A DNA stretch of 64,000 bases, from contig CM097882.1 of the NCBI GenBank assembly GCA_044892505.1, forward strand, positions 434,806,001 through 434,870,000. Reading direction: 5' to 3'. Both the position numbers and the translations under genes were made by a program. Below are positions 51,205 through 61,100 of this stretch, piece after piece (position 1 is the first letter of the stretch; every line of letters begins with the position of its first letter). The notes below the pieces were generated by a model, which was not told the origin of the DNA, ran no database searches, and saw only the letters and a program-made list of their open reading frames with translations. The DNA is from Schmidtea nova. Lineage: Eukaryota.

Positions 51205-52841
51205 CTGTCATTTTATTTTATTCAATAAAGAGTTGAATGTAAATTATATTTAATCTCCATCGTTTTAGTTAATTCCATTTCGTGATTAAACCATTGCCGC
51301 GATATACCACGGTCGAATAAGATATTTGTTTTCCCTGCGCCATGTACGACGATCAGGATAAGATTAATCTGAGTTACCGCGCTATGTACAGCGATCGGCA
51401 TAAAAGTATTTTTAGAATTTACAGATTTTTAGTTTTATTTAGAATGGAATTTAAAGTATTTTTAGAATGTACCAATTTTCAGTTTTACTAATCTCTGTCA
51501 TGCAGTTGCGATATCCTGTACCTTGACCTCAATTGAAAATCATCAGTTTGATCGATTTACTTGGAAAATTTTTATAACTTGTCATGCTACGCCGGCTCTC
51601 TCGTCCTCAAATTTAACCTCAGCGTGTCAACCCATTTGTCTCGGGTACCTGACACTTATCGGGTACTTTACCCCTTCCTGGTATCTCCTTAGACCTTCTC
51701 TACCGCCGCTGCGCTACGTCCCCTGTACAACCAAATGATGACTTTTTACCTATCGCCAGAAAACCGTCTGGACGTATTCGCATTATTGATATTTCGTGAC
51801 TGAAAATTTACTCGACTAAATAAGCATCAAAATTCTCTAATCTCGCTGATAAATATCTGGTTAACTTTGAATGATTTACTTTAATTGTTTCAACTACCAA
51901 ATTAAAAATGAAAACCAAAACAATAAAAAGGTTGAACCGCCATGTGAGACCGTGAGGCCCCACAACGACGACTCGGACTCCCTCGCCGCGTGAGCAGCAT
52001 AGGAAGTATAACTATATGCATTAAAAATAATAAAAAAAATAAAAAATAAAAAATAACGTTTACATATAAGATTTTAATTAAATAAAAATCATGGGTACAT
52101 CATATAAGATAACATAAAAAAAATTACTTCCGTACTTGAATGTGTGGTTCCTTGTATGAAATTCGGTTCTTTCAAAAAATTTACTCAAATCAAAGTTTAG
52201 TCTTGATTGTGAGTGAAAAGTAAACGTCTAAGTCTGTGATTTTTGGATCGGTATTTATACTGATCCGTCTGGTTGGATTGACCAATCAGGATCAGGCCGT
52301 CCTTCAAAGTATTTTTATTATTTTAATCTAACCTAAACATTATTTTGTTTCCTTTTCCGGTTTCTCGCTGGGTGGTCCTGATTTTCCAAGTAATTAATTA
52401 ATTATTTGTACTATTATTTTATTTAATTCTATTTTTTCTTATTTCAGGCCCCCTTTTGCGGTTGTTTACCGGTTTATTTTCAAAATTTCCTTTTACTGAA
52501 AATTTATCAATTATTATTTGTCGTTTTATTGTTATTTTTAATTTGTTTTTCTTGCTATTTTTATTTTTATTATTTCTTTATTGTTTCATGCTTTTGTTCG
52601 TTTTATTGTGTTTTTAGGTGATTTGGCGGGCCCAACATCACCCGGGGACCCCTAAAATTGCGTCCCGCAATTAATTATACATAAATACTTATATTCATCA
52701 TCCATAAAAAGTTTTATAAAGTTATACATGCAAGAAAGAAAATCACATAAGGTGATCGAATTTATACATATCATAAAGTTTGTCACTAAATAGTCAAAAT
52801 GTAATGATTTGTCACAATAGTTCGATAAGTTATCATAATGT

Positions 52842-53411
52842 TTATACAATTTGTTCGATCGTCTGGCTCGCTTGGGGTTGAGTTCGGGTCCTCTCGTTGA
52901 TTATTTGTAGCTCGTAGTGGGTTTGAATGTGGTTGAGATGGCTCCTTATTCGTCTTTGAGCTCGGTTATCTCGTCTGGAGGTTTGGTTGTAGATTTTCTG
53001 CTTTTGTTTTAGGATTTTTATTCTATATGAGGCAAGCAGGATTGTGATTGCGATGATAGTTGTGCTGACTGCTAGGATTATGATGATTGCTATGATCCAT
53101 TTTCCTTGATATTCTATTTCAGCTTGGGATAGGCTTTTTATGGGTTCTCTACCTTCTTTCAGGATTTTTCGGGTTTCTTCTAGTTTCAGTTGTTGTTTAT
53201 CGAAGATTTGTTGGATTTGATGGTCTTGATTGTGAGGGTATTTCTGTCGGAATTCGTTGATTTCTTTAATTACTTCTTCGATTAGGCTGTCTACTTTCTG
53301 ATAGGTTTTGTCGGGTAGAACTCGTAATTGGGTTTCGGTTAGTTGTAGATCTTCTCTCTGTAGGGTAATGGTTGTTAACCATAGGAGTGTTGCTATTGCG
53401 AGCTTTCTCAT
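52842..53411 (-). CDS. Small type I membrane protein (signal peptide, helical ectodomain, TM, basic tail)
   Basis: MRKLAIATLLWLTTITL; WIIAIIIILAVSTTIIAITILLASY followed by RIK. Confidence 0.7.
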   Translation of the reverse strand: MRKLAIATLLWLTTITLQREDLQLTETQLRVLPDKTYQKVDSLIEEVIKEINEFRQKYPHNQDHQIQQIFDKQQLKLEETRKILKEGREPIKSLSQAEIEYQGKWIIAIIIILAVSTTIIAITILLASYRIKILKQKQKIYNQTSRRDNRAQRRIRSHLNHIQTHYELQIINERTRTQPQASQTIEQIV

Positions 53412-53486
53412 CTCTTTTATACATCGGTCAATACAGCTTGACACTTTTTATTTTACATAATTTATTTACACTTGGTTTCCGCACAT

Positions 53487-54548
53487 TTATACAAGGGTTT
53501 CGTTGGGTTCGTGACAACCTTCGTCTTGAGGTTCCACTTGATTTATGGGGAGTGGCATCCATATTACCGTGCTCCTCCACATTTCGACTTCTTCTCGGTA
53601 TGTGTGGGATATCTGGATCTCTTCATCTAATAAGTATTCCAGATAGTTCGCCTGTTCTGTTAGGGTTTCAATTTGCTTTTCTAGTTCTGCCAATTTTTTC
53701 TCTCTCTCTTCCTTCTCCATCATTTCGGTTACTGCTGCTGTGATACTTGTTTCTTTTATTGGTATTGGTTTTTCTGCCAACTTCTTTCTCAGTTCTTCGT
53801 TTTCTTTTGTCAAATTTGTTATGTTCTCTTCATAGCTCTGCCTCGTTTCTTCCAGTCTTTCTTTAGTTCTTTTTAATTCTATTTTCTTCTGGGTGATCAC
53901 TCCTTGATATCCATTTATGTCTCTTTTCATGTTTTCCTCCTTGTGATTCCACATTCCGGTCAGCATACCTTTTAATTGTTCTTGATTGGCTAAATCTTCT
54001 CCCATTCTTTGTACTTGATAAGTTAATTCTTTTATTTTCTTGGCTTGTTCTCTGATAAATTGTTGTCTTTTCTTACTCCATACTTTATTTGACGCTTCTT
54101 GACTGATCTTTTGCCCTAATTCCTCTTTTAATTCATCGATCTCTTTAAACAGTTTCCAATCATCGCTGTACGCTGTTCGTTCTATTATCTCCCTTGCTTC
54201 CTTGTAAGAGTCTTCTGCCTCTTTCTTCCAATATCTTGCTTGTTCTGTGATTGACTGAATCTTATGGTCTGTTTTTATTTGTTGTCTATCCCTATCCTCT
54301 CGTCGCTCTTTCATCATCTCTTTGTAGTATTCGTTTTGTTGTCTTAGCAGTTTGTAGACTTCTTCTATTTTTTCTCGACTTCTTTGATTCGTTTTCTCGG
54401 CTTCTCTTAGTGCTTGGGTTTGTCTTTCCAATTCCTCCTGTTTTCGATAGTAGGCATGAATCCATATCCCAATCCGCTCCATGTGATTTCTGATCATTTC
54501 GTCTTGATGTACTGTTACTTCTTGTAAGGTTACTTCTATATTTCCCAT
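53487..54548 (-). CDS. Long coiled-coil protein, 353 aa
   Basis: E/K/R/Q-rich heptad-like sequence; uninterrupted ATG ORF starting MG. Confidence 0.75.
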   Translation of the reverse strand: MGNIEVTLQEVTVHQDEMIRNHMERIGIWIHAYYRKQEELERQTQALREAEKTNQRSREKIEEVYKLLRQQNEYYKEMMKERREDRDRQQIKTDHKIQSITEQARYWKKEAEDSYKEAREIIERTAYSDDWKLFKEIDELKEELGQKISQEASNKVWSKKRQQFIREQAKKIKELTYQVQRMGEDLANQEQLKGMLTGMWNHKEENMKRDINGYQGVITQKKIELKRTKERLEETRQSYEENITNLTKENEELRKKLAEKPIPIKETSITAAVTEMMEKEEREKKLAELEKQIETLTEQANYLEYLLDEEIQISHTYREEVEMWRSTVIWMPLPINQVEPQDEGCHEPNETLV

Positions 54549-54667
54549 TTCTATAATTACAGATAAAACGAATATTTAATCATTTTTTATTTTTATTTTT
54601 ATTGTTTTTGATTATTTGTTAATTCATATTGTTTCTATACATTTTATTTACATGGTTACTTCCTTCA

Positions 54668-56044
54668 TTACGCCAACCATCCTTTTCTGTCTGTTTTCTC
54701 ATGCCTCTCCATCTCTATGTATAGCGTGTCTGCATATAGTTGCTCCCATAGGTTTTCTTTCCTTATAAACATTGGTTCTCCTGCTGCTAGTCCGCATTCT
54801 GTTGTTGGTTTTTCGCTCGTACTCGTATGTTTGTCTGTTTCAAAGAACTTTTCTACTGGTTTTCCCATACTTTTGATTCTTATAATGACTCCTACTTTCA
54901 AGGGCCATTCTATTAGGTCATCGTATTCTCCTTTACATAGCGAGAAAAATATTGACACGTGTGTTCCTTGTCCCCTTCCGTCTCCATTTGGGTATACTTT
55001 CAATCTTATTTTAGCCCCGTTTTTCCATAAATAAAATGGTGGGCTTATTACTGCTGTTTTCGTCATATTTCTGGCTTCTGCTAGTTTGTCTCTGAAATCT
55101 GTTACTTTCCATAGGTAAGGTGCGATTGGTAAGTCCCTTCTTTCGTCAATTTCTCGTATTAATTGATTATATTGTATTTTCATTCCTTTTCCTAATTCTT
55201 CTATGGCTATTATTTTCTTTTCCATTCTTTCGCGAGTTAGTTCGAACTGCTCTCTTGTTTCTAGTAGTAAACTCATCATTATCTTATGTGATTCTACTTC
55301 TTTTTCTAATTTCTGGATTGTCTGTTCCGTTTCTTTTGTCGTTTCGTTTGTCATTTCCACATGCGTTAGTGCTGCTTCTTCTAGATGTTTGTTCATTGTT
55401 TGTCGCGTCCGCTTTTCCTTGCATCCATGCTTGTTATATGGGCATTCTCTTGGCCTTTCGGTACATACTTTCCAATGTTCATGTAACTTTATTTCTTCTG
55501 TTATTTCACAATTGTTTGGACATTTACTTGCATATTGTCCGCATACTTTCTCCTCTGTTATATTCAAATGTTCTTCTTTGATTTTTCTCCTTGTTTCTCG
55601 GGCTTCACAATACTCGCATGCGATTTCTTTTTCTTTACATTCTTCCTTGTGTTGTTCTCTCTTCTTTAGAATTATTGTCTGTTGGCACTTCTCGCATTCG
55701 GTTCTTTTCTCCTCGCACTTTTCCATATGGTTTTCTAGATTACTTATTTGTCCTTGCCATGTACAAGGTGTATTTACGCACTCCGTTGTGGTGCTCATAA
55801 TTTCTCTTTGGGTTGCTTTGTCCGTTCGGGTTTCGTCCAACGCTATTCCTCCTTCTTTACATTCTGGGCATGTTGTTATTCCTGTTGCATCTAATTCTTG
55901 TATACATTTTGTACATATTCTACATCCACATATCGTTTGTCTGGGTTCTCGTAATAAATTGTTACATTTTCCGCATGTGAGCCTCTTGCTCCATTTTCTG
56001 TTTTCCAATCTCAAAATTTCGATTATTCGTTCTTCTCTGTCCAT
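54668..56044 (-). CDS. TRAF: Intronless TRAF2/3-like protein (RING, TRAF zinc fingers, coiled coil, MATH), retroelement cargo
   Basis: CGKC..LREPRQTICGCRICTKC..CPEC; multiple C..C..H..C fingers; YLWKVTDF..SPPFY..LKVYPNGDGRGQGTHVSIFF..GEYDDLIEWP..AGEPMF..DTLYIE. Confidence 0.95.
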   Translation of the reverse strand: MDREERIIEILRLENRKWSKRLTCGKCNNLLREPRQTICGCRICTKCIQELDATGITTCPECKEGGIALDETRTDKATQREIMSTTTECVNTPCTWQGQISNLENHMEKCEEKRTECEKCQQTIILKKREQHKEECKEKEIACEYCEARETRRKIKEEHLNITEEKVCGQYASKCPNNCEITEEIKLHEHWKVCTERPRECPYNKHGCKEKRTRQTMNKHLEEAALTHVEMTNETTKETEQTIQKLEKEVESHKIMMSLLLETREQFELTRERMEKKIIAIEELGKGMKIQYNQLIREIDERRDLPIAPYLWKVTDFRDKLAEARNMTKTAVISPPFYLWKNGAKIRLKVYPNGDGRGQGTHVSIFFSLCKGEYDDLIEWPLKVGVIIRIKSMGKPVEKFFETDKHTSTSEKPTTECGLAAGEPMFIRKENLWEQLYADTLYIEMERHEKTDRKGWLA

Positions 56045-56136
56045 TTTCTACAATAATATATACATTCGACTTGTCATTTATTTTTGGTTTTTCTTGTTTT
56101 TATTTTTACATATTTACAATTTTCCGCTTTATTTAT

Positions 56137-56493
56137 CTATGGCTCATTCGTTGAATCTGGTTCCGCTTCGTTGTTTAGTCTATTTATTACCCAACTCATC
56201 CATCCTTCTTCGGATCCTTCTCTTTCTCCTCGTGTTAAATGATTTATTTCTATTGCTTGTCTTTGATTGGTGTTGCTTATTGTTTGATTTTCTCTGGTGA
56301 GTTCAGTTATCGCTCTTTGTTGTTCTTCTATTCTGTGTAATTGTTCGAAACAATTGTTATAACTTTCTGATAATAACATTTGTCTTTCCGCTAATTGGTT
56401 CTGTAATGAGTTGACTGTTCGTACTAATAAATCACATTGTGCCTTCCATCTCATAGCCATAGTTATTTCAGTTGTTTCGTCCTGTTCGGTCAT
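56137..56493 (-). CDS. Small coiled-coil protein, 118 aa
   Basis: ATG ORF conserved in the sister copy at 48264-48578. Confidence 0.7.
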   Translation of the reverse strand: MTEQDETTEITMAMRWKAQCDLLVRTVNSLQNQLAERQMLLSESYNNCFEQLHRIEEQQRAITELTRENQTISNTNQRQAIEINHLTRGEREGSEEGWMSWVINRLNNEAEPDSTNEP

Positions 56494-56621
56494 TTTCTAA
56501 ATTATATACATCATTTACTTTGTTTTTCTAGCTTTTTACAAATTTTTTTATAATATCGATACCCATACTATTACGGTAATGCTTTGTTATTTACACTATT
56601 ATTTACAGTCATAATCCGCCC

Positions 56622-58070
56622 CTATACCATCATTATCGTCTTTTCTTCGTATCGTTCTTCATCTTCTATTTGTTTCCAGAATTCTTTACCTTTCGTTCTT
56701 CTTTGAAATTCTTTCTGTATCTCCTCTGGTATTTCTATTCCTAGTTTCATGATTTTGATATCTGGCCATTGTATGGCTGTCGCTTTGTTTCTCTTTCTGT
56801 ATCTCCAATATACTATTATGCTTGTCGTCAGTATTCCATATGCTATTAATATTCCTATACTCATTAATCCTATTATTGTTTTTCCACTGTTTGTTTCTCT
56901 TTTATTCTGGTTCGCTTTTATCTCATTTTGGGTTTGAGCCTCTGGCTTCTTCTCTTTCTGTATTTGACTCTTAACTTTGTTCATTACTTCTTGTGTAGAC
57001 CAATGGCGGTTTAGTAGTTGTTTGACGTTATTTTCTTTTGTTCGGTTTTCCATGTTTCCTGGTTCGATCTGTTGTTGTAGTTTCTCTGAGATCTGATATA
57101 ATCCGCATTCTGGTTTTTCTGAACCTTTTCTGGTGAAGGTACATATCGCGTATGTCCTATTTACTTCCATTTTCTTTAATTCGACTTTTTCCTTATTCCC
57201 TATTTCTTTACAGTGGGTTAGGTTGTCTTCTTTCCCTTCTGGGTTATGCTTTGTCCAACATATTCCTTTAACTGTTTGATCGAGTCCTGTTATTGTCAGA
57301 GTTCTTTCTGTCTTTGTTAATTCTTCTTCATCGAATTTCAGTATCTCTCCTTTTTGGAATGTCTTGCAATGCTCTATTCCCTCTTGGATTCCTCTCTCCC
57401 AGATACATATACTTCCTTCTTCATTCATTTGTATTTCTTGTATTTCGATTTCCTTGTTTGTTCGTGATTCGTCGCTTGTCTGAACTTGGTATTCCTTCCT
57501 TGGTTCGTTGTATGTTCCCCAGCATAGTTTGTTGCTGCTTGTTTTTCTTATTGTTATGGCCATTTGTTCTATTATTATTCCTTTATCGATACGTTTGGAC
57601 ATTGCTATTATCAACGCTATGCATACGCACTCTTGTTGGGGTGATGTTCTTTCTCTCGTGTTATTGGTGCTTTTCTCCCCTTCTCCTGGTTTATCCGTTG
57701 TGTTTCTTATCTGAGTTGCTGGTTGATCTATGGTGTTTTTGATTTCTTTCTTTGTTGGTTTTACTCTATACCATTCAAGTCTAGGTGTTTCGTATTTTTG
57801 GCATACGACTGTCTTAGGTAGCCCCGACTTCTTTTCCTTTCCTATTATGCATATCCGATGCATGATTCCTCTATCCATCCCTTCTATTCGTACTATATCC
57901 TGGTCGGATTTTCTGATTATGCATTTTAGGGGGTTATCTTTCCCAATTGGTTCATCCTCTCTATTCCAGCATATTTTCTCGACCTCCTGGACATTTACTA
58001 TTTTTATCCCTGCTTGTAGGTTTGTTGCTTCTTCCCTATTGATTAATGTCAATATTATTGTTAGACCCAA
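56622..58070 (-). CDS. Type I membrane protein with three Cys-type FN3-like repeats; paralog of the polyprotein C-terminus; lacks an ATG
   Basis: WLGLTIILTLI signal-like segment; ICW..C..I.I..(Y)..IC..C..Y repeats; IIGLMSIGILIAYGILTTSIIVYW-RYRKRNK. Confidence 0.8.
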   Translation of the reverse strand: MGLTIILTLINREEATNLQAGIKIVNVQEVEKICWNREDEPIGKDNPLKCIIRKSDQDIVRIEGMDRGIMHRICIIGKEKKSGLPKTVVCQKYETPRLEWYRVKPTKKEIKNTIDQPATQIRNTTDKPGEGEKSTNNTRERTSPQQECVCIALIIAMSKRIDKGIIIEQMAITIRKTSSNKLCWGTYNEPRKEYQVQTSDESRTNKEIEIQEIQMNEEGSICIWERGIQEGIEHCKTFQKGEILKFDEEELTKTERTLTITGLDQTVKGICWTKHNPEGKEDNLTHCKEIGNKEKVELKKMEVNRTYAICTFTRKGSEKPECGLYQISEKLQQQIEPGNMENRTKENNVKQLLNRHWSTQEVMNKVKSQIQKEKKPEAQTQNEIKANQNKRETNSGKTIIGLMSIGILIAYGILTTSIIVYWRYRKRNKATAIQWPDIKIMKLGIEIPEEIQKEFQRRTKGKEFWKQIEDEERYEEKTIMMV

Positions 58071-58107
58071 CCATTTTGAACTCTGCGGTAGGCTTCTGGT
58101 TCGCCTT

Positions 58108-61100
58108 TCATATTTTTTTCTCTTCGCCTTTAATCTCTTTTAGTTCCTTGTCTTTGTTGTTCATCCCTAGTTTTGCGATTTTTGCTTCTTTCTTATTCCT
58201 GGTCGATTTTGGTTCTTCTCGTGCTTCTAGTCTTTCGACTCCATGGCTTGTATTATCTATATTTAGCCATTGGGTTGTTGATTTTCTTGGGCTTATCTTG
58301 CGTATCCATATAGCTGATAACGCGATTATTACTGGTATGGTCGCTGTTAATATTCCTAAGCCAATTAGTTCTTTAATTTCTTTATTCTCGTCTGTTTGTA
58401 TAGATTCGCTTTGGTTGAACATTATTCCGTATTGTCCCTTTAGTTTTCTCATTAATTGTTCCCGTTCCTCCTGCTTTCTTTTGACTTCCTTGATAACTTC
58501 TTCGGGTGTCCGTTTTGCTTGAGGGTCGGTTATTGTTTTTTCTGCGTTCATTTGTTCATTCGTTTGGCTTAGTTCCCTGAATTCGAGTTTCCTTGTTATT
58601 CCTTTTGATGTTGCGTTCGCTGGTGTATAGTAGGTTTCGCATCTTTCTTGTTGGTTTCCTAGTGCGTCCGTTTTTTCTATTGTACATACTTCGTATTCGC
58701 TATTAAATTGTAGTTTTTCGATCTTGATTTCTTTATTTGTTTTTCTGCACTTTCTTGATTGTCTTCTTATATGTTTCTGGACTATTATCCAACATATTTC
58801 CAATGTTTTATTCTCTATTTTCCATAATGTCAGAGTTGCTGATGTCTTTCTCTCGGGTTTTGTCGTAACTTTTTGGTTTGTTGGTTGTTTGTCGCTTTTA
58901 AGGGTAGTGGTGTACTTCGGTTTTCCTTTGTTTCGTTGTTTCCTTTTATTTTTCCGTGTTAACGTTTTGGTTCTTGTTCCGGATGAAGTGGTGTATATTC
59001 CGCATTCTAGGTCGTTTATCGTTATCTGATCATTTTTCTTTACCAGACATATTTCGTAAGTTTGTTTACTTTCTAAACCTTTTATTTGTATCGTCGTTGC
59101 TCCTGTGCTTGTTCGACATTGTGGTGTCTTTCTTTCATTCGTCTCTTTTTCGTACTTCCTCCAGCATACTCCTTTCACATTTGGTTCTATTTCTTTTATT
59201 TCTAATGTTATGTTTAGTTTCTGCTTGATTTGTTTATTTCTCTTCCTCGTTCTCCTTCTGAACTTTATTACTTCTCCAGGTTGGAATGTTTTACATTTTG
59301 TGGTACCTTTCTTGTTTGTCTCTTTTTCTAGTAGGCATAGTTTGTACGTCTTATCTGCTTTTACTTCGGATACTTTAATTACTTTATTCGTTGTTGGTTT
59401 TCGACTTTTCCTTATTTCATTTACGCCGATTTCCTCGTTATTCCTTGCCCAACATTTTATGTTAGTATTCTGTGTATCTTCTACTTCTGTTATTGTCATA
59501 GTTTCAATTTCTATTCCTTCCTCTAATCGTTTTATCATTATTAGTATGAGTGCTAAGCATAATACTTCCATTTGGTAAGACACTCTTTCGGTTTCGTTTG
59601 TGGCAACTCTTGCTTCGGGCCTCTTTATTGTAATTCGTATAGTTGGTGTTGTTTGCTTATCTATTACCTGGGGTTTTTTGTTTTCTGTTCCCTGTGTCTC
59701 TGTTCTTCCACATTTTCCGAGGATGTAATCTCCTTTGGGTGACTGTTGTATTGTCATGGCTGCTTTAGGTGTTTGGTATTTTGCACATGCGATTGTGTTG
59801 TGTGATCTTGGATGCTTTTGTTTTCTAACGGTGCATATTTTGTACCAGGTATCTAGATCTAAGTCATTGATCTCTATGATCTCTTGCTCGTGTTTTGAGA
59901 TTCTGCAATCCATCGGGCTATTTTGTTCCGTGGTTTTGTCCTTTTTCGACCAACATACTCGTTCGATTCCTTTTGCGTTTTTTATTTGTATTATTGCCCT
60001 TTCTTCACATGTCATTCCCTGACTTGGATTAATTAACGTTATAATCATTGTTAGTAATAGTAATTCTGGTTTGAAGAATGGTTTTATGGTTGATTTATAA
60101 CCTGTTCTTTGGGTGTCATTTTTATCTCCTTGGTCGTTTGTTCCTTGTTCTCTCCCTTCATCTCTTTGTTTTTCATCTTCACCTTTCTTTCCTTCCTTGT
60201 CTCGTTTCTTGTCTTTTCTCTCGTTTTCCTCTTTATCGGGTGGTTCGTGATCGCTTGAATTTTCTGAGTTGTTACCGTCGTCACTATCTGTGTTGTCATC
60301 TCCCCCTGGCTCGTCGAAAATGTCGTCCTCGACATTGATTTCTTCTATTAGTTTCGCATACGCTAATGTCGTTAGATTACTTGCCTCAAATTCTTGTGTT
60401 TCTACCTGCTCCGGTATTACTTTGTTAGTGGATTTATGTTCCAAGATTTCCTTTTTGGCCTTGATCCAATTGTTGATGTATGTCTTCATCAATTCTTTCC
60501 ATTTGCCTGTGTATTTTTCCTCTTTCGGGCTGGTTGTGATTTTTAGATCTTTTCTTTCCATAAACATCTTCAATATCTCTGGCCATTTATACGTTATTAA
60601 GGCACTTCTTATACACCAGTTTTGGTTATGTTCTGTAAACTTATTAATCCTGAATGCTGGTTCGTTAGTATTAGGATTTATCCACGTAAGTATTGATTCT
60701 GTTAGTTCGACGTTGTTCATCATTGCTAGTACACTGGGTTTCTTGACCGTATCAGTTAGGTGATCTATTTCTTCCTGATTTGGGACGGTTTTAATGAAAT
60801 TGACCATTTCCCAATTGTGTGTTAATAATGCTACATCCAATATCGAATTATCTTTATCTGTCTTTCCTGTAAGTCCTGCACCTGCTTTGTATAGTTCTTC
60901 TAATACCTTTGTTTTCGTTCTGGCCCTTGCTGCAAATACCATAAGTGTATCTCCTTTCTCGTCTATCATATTCATATTGCTTCCGCAATTTAGCATTACT
61001 CTTGCAATTTCCATTACTTTTCTATCTTTGCCATTTCGTAAAGCTCTATGTATGGGCATTATTCCGTCTTTTGGTAGTAAAAACGCTACTGGCATCTCCT

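Larger units (their letters stand above)
49451..52637 (-). repeat. Putative ~3.2-kb 3' LTR of element 1
   Basis: Minus strand starts TGTTGGG right after aggggtccccggggtga and ends AAAACA (TGTT/AACA termini); AATAAA 16 nt from the end; TATA ~150 nt from the end; second LTR not visible. Confidence 0.55.

Noticed and set aside
37180-51490. Short repeat arrays (37180-37430, 51295-51490) as CRISPR-like
   Set aside because: Degenerate repeats with no unique equal-length spacers, eukaryotic context, no cas genes
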